A program made the translations under genes and the position numbers. A stretch of 64,000 bases of DNA. It comes from a bacterium. GTDB lineage: Bacteria > Armatimonadota > UBA5829. The notes beneath the pieces are model-generated. The model saw nothing but the letters and a program-made list of their open reading frames with translations, had not been told where the DNA came from and searched no databases. Positions 47,101 through 54,063 of the stretch are shown one piece after another. Every line of letters begins with the position of its first letter. Position 1 is the stretch's first letter. The stretch covers positions 2,351 to 66,350 of the forward strand of contig JAJFTD010000123.1 of the NCBI GenBank assembly GCA_021373255.1, written 5' to 3'.

Positions 47101-49209
47101 ACCTTGCTCCCCACTCGTATTGCCTAAGCTATAATCACTAAGAACACAGGGATCATTCACATATGGCCCGGGCACATAGTCATTATCGTCATAGACTGTT
47201 TGGCCGTATTGATCAGTGGTGCTCATAGTAGGCACCCACCAATCACTGAATGTTTCACCATTGTAGGTATAATGATCAGGACGCTTTGGCCATATAGTTC
47301 TTTGTATGCCATCACTGGCCTCAAAGTAATATGTATGTGGGCCTTTATCTAATTTCAGTTTATATATATACTTAACACCTGTTGTGTAATTCTTTATTTG
47401 ATCAGCCGGGTCTATAGACATCGTGTAAGGTGTATAAGTTGACGCAGATGTATTCCCCGATTTAGAACTCGCTTTGTTTATCCATAACCGGATATATTCA
47501 GGAGCTTTACCATCAACCTGCTTAAAGACAATCTGGAATGTATTTTCAGTCGAAGCGGTAGAGCCTGCAAATTCAGCACGAACTGCATCAAATCCATTGC
47601 TAAAAGCTCCCGGCAATTGAGGGTTCACAGCTCGTTTGAATGGAAGTATCGTGCCGTAGAAACGCCCACCACCGTACTTTTGCATATCATCGTATCGTAC
47701 GCCTGATAAGTCAGATGTGGGCATAGTGAGCGCACAGGTAACCTTCGGATGCTCACTCGACTTCCATGGATATGGAGTTGCACTTGCATCAGCATAGCCA
47801 GGCGCTTTAACTGCCCTATCTAGATGAATGGTGTAATCAAAAACCGGATCGGCAAAAGGATCGATATTGGAATTCGCAGTTGTATACCTGCGGTGTGCAT
47901 CCCTTTTAATATCGGGATAATCCGTAACTGCGCGCGACAGTATTGGATCCAACGCAGTATTGTTTCTCGAACCAATATAACTAGGATATACTCCCCATTG
48001 TTGCGCAAACGTTGGATCAGGGAAGCAGGAAAAGACGAAAGGCTTTGGACTCCCATTGTATCCAAGAAACTGAAGGGAATCATCAGAACACCCAAAGAAA
48101 TACTTATGAGTGCCCAACGCAAGAGACTCATAAGCACTATTGCGGCACTCAAAGCCAGGGAATAAGTAAGAACTATTTGTATAAGTTCCACTAACACCAA
48201 ATTGATGTGCAGGTAATAATCGTACAATATATACCTGTTTATCTGGGTCAAGAGCGGCTGCATCTGGATTCTCTGGATACATCGGGAAAAGCTGATAATC
48301 CCCAATGCCACTTGCATCTAGATATAAGACAACACCACTCATCGGGACTTCTTTATCAGTAGACCCACTTTGATCTACCAACTCACTCTTTACCCATGGT
48401 AATGGTGGTAGGTGATCTCTATTGTGATATCGTACACGGAAAACAAATTGCTGATTGCCTGATCCATCATCTGGAGACGTTTGATTAGCATCTGCACCTG
48501 GTTCAATAGTTAATGGATCAACATCAACGTCTGCAGGCCAAGCCTGATCCGGAGCACAGGTCAGCCAGTCACGGTCACCACTGACACCAGCGTAGTCGAA
48601 ATTGACTATATTACCAACACTGTCCCTCATAGGATTCTTGCTATCATACACCGTAACACTAACAGCACTACTCTTTACTTCTTCTGGTGAATAAGCAAGT
48701 GCTATTATGCCGCCAATCGCTCTGGGAGCACCTGTTTCTGTACGTAATTCAGGAGCATATAACACAGGATGACCATAAGGATCCCATACAAGGCACTGTT
48801 GGTTCGTAGAGGGTATCCAAGAATTGGAATCAGCAGCATTTCCAGTGACATAGGTGGCCGGGTTCTGCGCAGGATTGCTCATATTCAAGCCTGCGCTGAC
48901 ACTTACTTGGTAATGTTGTTCATCACCAACAGAATAGGCATAGAACATTGGATACTTAACGTCACCGGGAAAACATAAGTAAACAAGCCCAAAACCTGTT
49001 GGTGTAGCATCACCCTTGCCGGCTGGCAAAATAACTTTATCAGGATTATCATCATTCCATACCGCATCAAACGTCCATAATGAATTGGCGGTGGCAGCCG
49101 CGGGTAGTGCGGTAAGTTTTAATGATGCCGCGTTAGCCACTCCCAATAATATAACAACCAACGCCGAAGACAGCAGTATCTCGTAAAGGCGCTTGAAGCG
49201 TATTATCAT
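41164..49209 (-). CDS. Giant secreted repeat protein (about 2681 aa), adhesin or surface-layer-like
   Basis: ATG at 49209 (GAAAGGAAG RBS) gives the signal peptide 'MIIRFKRLYEILLSSALVVILLGVANA'. About nine modules end in 'YxFxAxDG', and at least five 'GVY...NYY...LPxG..V.I.Y' motifs are present. It carries the C-terminal domain shared with the next two genes. Confidence 0.9.
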   Translation of the reverse strand: MIIRFKRLYEILLSSALVVILLGVANAASLKLTALPAAATANSLWTFDAVWNDDNPDKVILPAGKGDATPTGFGLVYLCFPGDVKYPMFYAYSVGDEQHYQVSVSAGLNMSNPAQNPATYVTGNAADSNSWIPSTNQQCLVWDPYGHPVLYAPELRTETGAPRAIGGIIALAYSPEEVKSSAVSVTVYDSKNPMRDSVGNIVNFDYAGVSGDRDWLTCAPDQAWPADVDVDPLTIEPGADANQTSPDDGSGNQQFVFRVRYHNRDHLPPLPWVKSELVDQSGSTDKEVPMSGVVLYLDASGIGDYQLFPMYPENPDAAALDPDKQVYIVRLLPAHQFGVSGTYTNSSYLFPGFECRNSAYESLALGTHKYFFGCSDDSLQFLGYNGSPKPFVFSCFPDPTFAQQWGVYPSYIGSRNNTALDPILSRAVTDYPDIKRDAHRRYTTANSNIDPFADPVFDYTIHLDRAVKAPGYADASATPYPWKSSEHPKVTCALTMPTSDLSGVRYDDMQKYGGGRFYGTILPFKRAVNPQLPGAFSNGFDAVRAEFAGSTASTENTFQIVFKQVDGKAPEYIRLWINKASSKSGNTSASTYTPYTMSIDPADQIKNYTTGVKYIYKLKLDKGPHTYYFEASDGIQRTIWPKRPDHYTYNGETFSDWWVPTMSTTDQYGQTVYDDNDYVPGPYVNDPCVLSDYSLGNTSGEQGTGFEYKVRYTDPDGQRPYAAYLYIRKKDNPGSVKQFRMLPDGLLNPLNNNSTVYKNGIYYKFTVASSDLSTMEPGIWEYRFEFVDDWGRQTDPNDLVAGETTKLPVTGGWFTGPTITENKPPTLTNGGFDSADGSSNSATIWTFHVTYSDSDSAKEGPTVMKVYIGQLQPDSKLNDLDYPDGKTILWDKGHDMVKDNSGDSVYSDGVAYHYQTRLEGKESEHEYSKQYYYAFVAFDGVNWAEYRPANDPTAPSPSASVVRNQDMTKLDDINYKIEVPITGAPIVGPISNELPAPAGTIYDAQVINAGVNPNELFRLDDVKGGWQDATVDPADSRYSVMRGHAIANTDPLSDECVVVPEYPSLIASVEGVYTSIGALRNDTSNLDSSNLYVEPGRNGTNEWQYGWVDTSDQTRKTVIPDYPSRIRDVDAVYNIYGDDTTTNLYVGPGNFGPTDNKVHLNIAAANGDESGYNRVLISYFRSGYNCGDSSIWLTQVGDNIEGSTVYIKYSDIRFTHQGRGVPSFIDPDPLTAFLPTQYPLRFYVKGTDGDNDPLNGVLGVWQSAEREGTNYYDPRRTSYPDNLGDGSLKLTSAIPSADISTQLWANYYQLGDYNIDRLNAKVRFINPVSASKLKATYIFGTKMQVKIGGNTPPTLELVDVRKDAVSPIQGSRTTQYVYTIKYRDQDGPNGQAPTYVRVKIDDQQYDMTLTTQGTPAYRDGAIYTYSTTALSSGKHTYHFEASDGTAVAIFDVYTKNNPKYDHSDGDIRDFDGPWVNNPPKLADGAASPNPSGGSISANASVTYSVTYSDADGDMPYVYKIGDVASGVAVSGSPRVWVDCNGNTDHFYNGKVSEAPLPDPLESNKFRLLRATFTDEKGAAATITRDQFAGKLMQITSGPLINRVYLIQSNSTDTLTIAADDLGVNGDNVVKDTTFRINGLLMRSSGNGTAVAGITYTLIIPKLAVGDHKYLFTARSGYQDKPAWLIDSLPYSDKVIYPTGNEGVGPKVTSAPPSDNKAPVISNTAQTSLYYGPKMKMATVVDSTQVELNYDSNGNWTAPEVQNIRQVNGVFLNANANTALDQNYYDTAHVFDPTVGNVISLSPALGAMPATMVQFGTVGNIGSSLLSVTPDAIDSIDSIVGVYVASTCAVTDTNYYLGGPALQDNDTKITLTTPLPSGTKRVYIKYVPKSGVQPPVYVNYFDKHSTSTIFLAGDTLTFRINYKDADNDPPSYHDGVQGYVKLVFDNQTSGIPMDPVTTPVTDYTQDVLLKVKQTSLPEGNHYYHFEASDGYDPDHKVRFPATSAGDYSLKVNYKPTLTSQTMQPFSGQTATTFKFTVTYRDYDGSVTNAPTPQVYVRLIRAGATPAEIIIKMTPKDANPVYATGAVFNAEKTGLAPGSYTVAFEAYDGYQYADPLYEDNLVVRDHNAAPTITSYTVDPAAGKTTQLFTYKATYVDADGDAPVAMSGTSRVEGLTLVIDSGTTAQQRLVMTRSVSGTTPNYAAGVEYKVTVPGTSFTIGKHNYTVEATDGTDAAATPSLKLGPVLLVPFFDDIKLVKADESNPSAAMGLSYAAVGTNVLLEGKIKFPKNALTSKPSNVMLENIVVQVTKPDSTSLSLTASVTMLTDDEFMDPDYWIGNVQIPSYPKGSDAALITGENLTLSTSGEWRLGLLWAGDSIWDKAQTDESYDGLNDGVRITVGGPMRTVAVKDPSQPNNATANLPCVDMITPPMVINGTDPSSIFGYERASKMQIVRWDPRGRAYFRYGLQAFPVILPGDAVWIKPKTDYPAESVSEVDYITGLLAAGNSTYPLEFDRTYRLIKAYSKAYSTQVNSVTGQTELAPCVIPVYTGWNQFGNIFFNWRKNSTGATVVPYEDAGIPFSEVKVRYLNVEKSLADASAAGWIRDYAWRFDADQQQYVLVSATRAGAERVLKSWSGYWIKTFVDCELIINPNTTYKGLTSLTSRAKLAAPAANAEELDAPPAIP

Positions 49210-49258
49210 CTGGTATCTTCCTTTCAAACTCCTGTAAACCATGTAAACTACCAAACAT

Positions 49259-49285
49259 AGGGCTGCCAATAGCTGTGGCAGCCCT
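49259..49285 (-). terminator. Intercistronic hairpin (677-aa gene to giant gene)
   Basis: agggctgcca/tggcagccct, a 10-bp perfect stem with a 7-nt loop, followed on the minus strand by atgtttggtagttt. Confidence 0.5.
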
Positions 49286-49306
49286 TGCCCGTTATCCATT
49301 TATTTA

Positions 49307-51340
49307 CTAATAGCCACCCGGTAGGGAATTAACAGCACTACCAGGGAATATTGCAGGCCGGAACACCAGCGTCACAGGCGTCTTCGCCCTGAACCAGTAG
49401 CCCCGCCATGGAACGAGAAGTGTATCGTTAGTGCTTAGACTGTCGTAAGCAGATCTATCTGAATTCCAGGCAAATACAGTACGGCTAACTAAGCCCTGAG
49501 CCACAGCTTGATCGAAGGATACGGTCAAGTTAGTCGCGCTATTATATACCTGCAACTGGCCAATATAAATCGGGTATACTAACGGGTTTCCAACCATGTT
49601 CCAGCCAGTTACCAAGTTAGTTGTTTGCTGGATACTCTGCTTTCCATACTCTTCTCCAACAATAGCTGCATCCGTGGCAATGTCGTAAGTCTTACTCGAT
49701 CCCATAGATAAGCTATAAACAGCCATCCAGAAAGCTTTGCCCGACTCAAACTGCGTTATGGGAACATAATTCTGCGTTCCCGAAGAATCATAATACAATG
49801 CACTATAGTATCCAGCGTTAATTCCAAATACATGGCTGATTGATGGATTGTTAAATGTAAATGGAACGCTCATCAACTGATAGCCATAACGCATAGCAGC
49901 TTTCTTTGCCGCAGGCACGATTATCTTTCTGCCTACAATCTGCTGCCACCCACTAGTATCACGGAACAATACATAGTAGACTAACTCCCCAGCCGCTTCT
50001 CCGTTTGCTTCAACCTGCCACTCTACCGGAGTAGATTCGGAATTGATCGGTACATTGCCGATTTCCTGAATACTGGTAGAATTAGTGCCCTCTGCAAGTT
50101 GCAAACCCTTCGGGAGGTAAAGATATGCAGTTACATTTTGCAAATCATAAGGACCTGGGTCCGTATCGGTATTATAAAGATATGCCTTGATCGTAAACGG
50201 CGAAGGCATCATTTGCGTCACACCAGTCGTGGAATCATACTGCAGTGAGTTTGGTCCTTGCACAGCTGCAGCAATGCTATCCTGACGAATCTTCGTACCC
50301 GACCTATAAGTCCACAACGTAGTAGCAACCGCATTACCAAAATAGGTAACATAAGTACGAGATATATGCGAAGCAAGAGCAACTTGCTTCCACTCCACCA
50401 TATATGCAAGGTCGTCTATAGGAACCATAGGATCGGGAACATAGTTATTTGGAAGATTATCCGCAGGATCCGTTAACCACGTACTCAGTGTAGCTAGATT
50501 ATCTAATTCGCCGATAGCAATAAAATCAGGTGACGTACAGTCCTGCTCACGAAGCGTTATGCGTGTACGTGTCACCGGGCTATCAACACTATCGTAGATC
50601 TCAAACATCGAAGGAATCTTGCTCCCAGCAAATGTATTGCCTGCGAACTGATCCGGCAATCCAGGAGTTCGCGCAAGTCCAGACCCGGTTACAAATGGGT
50701 AACCTGCTTTATCGGTATCTTCAACCACAGCATCTAGGTACAAGGAGATACCGGCTTTAACTAACTGAAGAGATGCATTGGTAACTGTATATTCAAAGCG
50801 TACCTGGTCACGCACCAGACTTATATGAACTCTAACAGTCACTGTTCCACTGCTGTCGGTCCAATCACCCTCTATATATGGGCCGCCTATACCACGCCCA
50901 TAACCAGACATTGGTACATCATAAACCCTCGGATATTTCGTCCAACTGCCCATTGTAGGGTCACCGACTACTAATGGAGAATTATCCCCTATCTTAACTC
51001 GAGAATAATTCCAGTGACCACAAATAACCGGCGGTCTCCAAACCAACCATTGATTATCATCATCAGTAGTTTCAGGATCGCCAACACGATTACTGATACC
51101 ATATCGACCACCAACCTGGAAGACTTCACCGTCGATATCAGAAATCATCTCACCCCAAACACCAAATTCAAACTCTACGTATTTATTCGAAAGTGTAATC
51201 ACATATGGGGGATTATCAGGATTAGGATGCATTGGATCAGGCGGTTCATATAAATGGTATTGTGCGATTGCAGGAACCGCCAGCAATATCGCAAATGCGA
51301 TCACAACAATCAATCTTAAGATAGCCCTCTTATAAGTCAT
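49307..51340 (-). CDS. Secreted hypothetical protein (677 aa) with a CARDB-like segment and the shared C-terminal domain
   Basis: ATG at 51340 has an upstream GGAGGAG, giving the signal peptide 'MTYKRAILRLIVVIAFAILLAVPAIA'. 'YLYLPKGLQLAEG...VEWQVEANG' is CARDB/S-layer-like. C-terminal motifs are 'GWNMVGNP' and 'WRGYWFR'. Confidence 0.85.
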   Translation of the reverse strand: MTYKRAILRLIVVIAFAILLAVPAIAQYHLYEPPDPMHPNPDNPPYVITLSNKYVEFEFGVWGEMISDIDGEVFQVGGRYGISNRVGDPETTDDDNQWLVWRPPVICGHWNYSRVKIGDNSPLVVGDPTMGSWTKYPRVYDVPMSGYGRGIGGPYIEGDWTDSSGTVTVRVHISLVRDQVRFEYTVTNASLQLVKAGISLYLDAVVEDTDKAGYPFVTGSGLARTPGLPDQFAGNTFAGSKIPSMFEIYDSVDSPVTRTRITLREQDCTSPDFIAIGELDNLATLSTWLTDPADNLPNNYVPDPMVPIDDLAYMVEWKQVALASHISRTYVTYFGNAVATTLWTYRSGTKIRQDSIAAAVQGPNSLQYDSTTGVTQMMPSPFTIKAYLYNTDTDPGPYDLQNVTAYLYLPKGLQLAEGTNSTSIQEIGNVPINSESTPVEWQVEANGEAAGELVYYVLFRDTSGWQQIVGRKIIVPAAKKAAMRYGYQLMSVPFTFNNPSISHVFGINAGYYSALYYDSSGTQNYVPITQFESGKAFWMAVYSLSMGSSKTYDIATDAAIVGEEYGKQSIQQTTNLVTGWNMVGNPLVYPIYIGQLQVYNSATNLTVSFDQAVAQGLVSRTVFAWNSDRSAYDSLSTNDTLLVPWRGYWFRAKTPVTLVFRPAIFPGSAVNSLPGGY

Positions 51341-51511
51341 CTCAGAAGTCTCCTCCAAGCAAATCGGGTATTATACTGTTATGGATTCCGCAGCGAACAT
51401 CCCGACACCAGCCGTCAGCGGATATCATTATTATTTTCCAGCTCACGTCATTGAAAGCCAGATAAGAATACCACTCGTAAGCGATACTCTTATCTTATCA
51501 ATCCCTATGTG

Positions 51512-53845
51512 CTAGAATATCGTCATCACAAGGGAATCAGTAGATTTGACTCCGCCCACATAAGTCTTAAGCCAATAGCCGTGATACGGCTGCAGCAGTT
51601 CCTGCTTGTTCACTATCTTGTAGCCCGGCGTGGGCGTAGTCGAGTATGAATAAACCGCCGGAGAAACCCATCCAGCCGTTACAGCATCGGCAAAAGACTT
51701 GACCTGCCCCTTGTAGGAAAACAGCGCGTTCCACCAGGAAGTTTCTCGATTATATGGGTTGCCGATCATATTCCAACCCTGGTATAGATAAATATTAAAG
51801 GCATTATCAGTCGGAGTAAGGTAGTGTTCTGTATTGAAGCTGTCATTAACGACTGCATCCTGCTGTAGAACCAACCAGAAGCCGGTACCCGCTGGGTAAG
51901 AATATATATTGGTCGTACCCTCTGTATAATAACCGCCACCGGTATACCAATAATAGCGTGTTGTCGGATCCAACGAATCAGGCATCCAATCTTGAGGATT
52001 GGACCACGCCAGCCAGTCCTGCGGATATGTATAATACGGAATCGTCCGGGTGGTCGATGTCTTCGGCAGCCAACGGAACAGCCTGGCTTTGGTCGAACCA
52101 GCAGAAGAAAAGTTGACAGGAAGGCCATTGCTTGTCTGTAATAAAGTCTCAGGAAATACTGATACTAAGTTACTAGAAGCTGTACTCGTAAATTGATACG
52201 GGAATGCAACCAGATGAATACCAGCAGAGAATGTCACACTTGCGACCGTAAACTGTGCCCAATCGTAAACGTTTGAACCATCAGCTTTAGATTCAGCGGT
52301 AGCATAGACCTCATGGCTGCCGGCTCCCAATGGGCTATCTGTATTTACTAGTGGCCAAGTGAAAGCTACAGCGGTTCGATTAGTATTCAAATAGCTATTT
52401 ACATTTGTGCTATCAAGGATAACATACGTGTCATCATCCAGATTGTCTGGAATTCCATCCTCATTAGTGTCAGGATAATCCAAGTAAACCTTTAATGTAG
52501 ATGTCTCAATTCCTTTTATAGCAATCTTGAACTCAGGAGTGCTTCGAACACTACTGCCCTTAACCGGCTGTTGAATCCTGAGACTCGCCGATGATAATGA
52601 AGCCGCCACATCCAGTATTCCAGCACCATACGTGGTAGTATCAAGCATAAGACCACTGGGCGCTCTAGCTGTGCTAATCAATTGGCTCCTAACCTGAGAT
52701 GCAGGCACCCCAGCGCTCATCAGCAAAGCTGCTGCGCCAGAAACATGGGGGGCAGCCATCGATGTGCCTTGATAGGATTCATAGTTATATGACGTTTTGC
52801 CCTCAGCGTCCCAGTTAATAATAGTGCTGTATATGCCACCGTCATCACCGAGGCTCAGATCACCACCAGGAGCTGCAATCTCAATCTTACCGTAATTGGA
52901 GTAATATGCTATATCTTCATAGGGTCCTAAAGCCGACACTGCGATGACTTCAGCCCAGTTAGAAGGAAAGTGCGAATAACTTGTGCTGTCATTACCAGCA
53001 GCACCAACCAGAATTATACCGGCGTCATTAAGTTCCTGTATCTTCGCGTGCTCAATCGAGTCATCGTAATAATTACCATAACTCATATTTACGACATCAG
53101 CACCATTCAACATCGCATAATCAAGGCCGCGAACAATCATATCAGTAGTGCCGCCAAGCGGGCCCAATACTCTAACAGGAAGGATCTTTACGTTATCCCA
53201 GCAGACACCAACCACACCCATGCCATTGTTGCCTTGGGCAGCTATCGTGCCAGCAACGTGGGTGCCATGAGAGGAACCTTCGCCGCTATTTACAGGCATT
53301 GGGTCTGAGTCATCATCAACACAGTCGTAGCCATCAAGAAGTCTGTCTCCCAAATCCGGGTGCGGAGCCACACCGGTGTCATTAACAGCTACGATAATAT
53401 CCGAATTGCCTTTCGCGGTATCCCACGCAGCAGGCATATTGATCATCCGCATTCCCCACAGCTTATCCCAATAAGTATCATTAGGTACTGCGCAGGGGTA
53501 GTTCATATAATTCGGTTGGATGTGATCGATAACCCACTTCACGGGCTGGGAAGAGGTAGCAAAGCGAGTAGGTGTCCGAGCATACGACCCAGTCAGCCGA
53601 ATCTGGTAGGTATTATCTACAGGGAGCACTCTAACAATGCCGGCACCCATCCTACTGACCAACTGCTCAACTGTTGAATAGCTCGTTCCAGGCTGCACAT
53701 GAATAATATACTCATTAGGTACATACTGAACATTGCCGGTATCGGCACTCGCCACAACTGCAGCAGTTAGCCACAAACTCATCAGCATCAGAAAGGTAAT
53801 GCCGGTGAGTAATATCCTCTTTGACCGACGCACGCGCGGTTCCAT
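51512..53845 (-). CDS. Subtilisin-like serine protease (peptidase S8) with I9-like propeptide and the shared C-terminal domain
   Basis: Triad contexts are 'AVNDTGV' (Asp), 'HGTHVAGTIAA' (His) and 'GTSMAAPHVSGAAALL' (Ser). A signal peptide is present, and the C-terminus carries 'GWNMIGNP' and 'YHGYWLK'. Confidence 0.92.
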   Translation of the reverse strand: MEPRVRRSKRILLTGITFLMLMSLWLTAAVVASADTGNVQYVPNEYIIHVQPGTSYSTVEQLVSRMGAGIVRVLPVDNTYQIRLTGSYARTPTRFATSSQPVKWVIDHIQPNYMNYPCAVPNDTYWDKLWGMRMINMPAAWDTAKGNSDIIVAVNDTGVAPHPDLGDRLLDGYDCVDDDSDPMPVNSGEGSSHGTHVAGTIAAQGNNGMGVVGVCWDNVKILPVRVLGPLGGTTDMIVRGLDYAMLNGADVVNMSYGNYYDDSIEHAKIQELNDAGIILVGAAGNDSTSYSHFPSNWAEVIAVSALGPYEDIAYYSNYGKIEIAAPGGDLSLGDDGGIYSTIINWDAEGKTSYNYESYQGTSMAAPHVSGAAALLMSAGVPASQVRSQLISTARAPSGLMLDTTTYGAGILDVAASLSSASLRIQQPVKGSSVRSTPEFKIAIKGIETSTLKVYLDYPDTNEDGIPDNLDDDTYVILDSTNVNSYLNTNRTAVAFTWPLVNTDSPLGAGSHEVYATAESKADGSNVYDWAQFTVASVTFSAGIHLVAFPYQFTSTASSNLVSVFPETLLQTSNGLPVNFSSAGSTKARLFRWLPKTSTTRTIPYYTYPQDWLAWSNPQDWMPDSLDPTTRYYWYTGGGYYTEGTTNIYSYPAGTGFWLVLQQDAVVNDSFNTEHYLTPTDNAFNIYLYQGWNMIGNPYNRETSWWNALFSYKGQVKSFADAVTAGWVSPAVYSYSTTPTPGYKIVNKQELLQPYHGYWLKTYVGGVKSTDSLVMTIF

Positions 53846-53992
53846 TCGTCGTTCCTCCTCCTAGACCAAACCTTGTCGCATATATCCTTACGACAAGTAA
53901 ATGCATCGAGCGATATAACCTGCCCGAAGCATAGTATTTGACGGTAGCTACTCTGCGGATGAAACACATTAGTGTCTTTCCCAGCTATATCT

Positions 53993-54020
53993 GCTTCGGG
54001 GTGGGTGACCGCCCCGAAGC
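53993..54020 (-). terminator. Intercistronic hairpin (605-aa gene to S8 gene)
   Basis: gcttcgggg/ccccgaagc, a 9-bp stem with a 10-nt loop and no T-tract. Confidence 0.4.
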
Positions 54021-54063
54021 GTATGTAGTCTACTCTGTCAATTTAGTCAAATCACGTCACAGT

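Noticed and set aside
41164-51340. The giant gene and the 677-aa gene have lower GC (about 37-45% in sampled lines against about 55% in uvrB and the FtsX fusion), which could be evidence of horizontal acquisition.
   Set aside because: The proteins are rich in N, Y, T, S, I and K, which biases codons toward AT. No integrase, tRNA or direct-repeat boundaries are present. Only a few 60-nt lines were hand-counted, so this is insufficient evidence.
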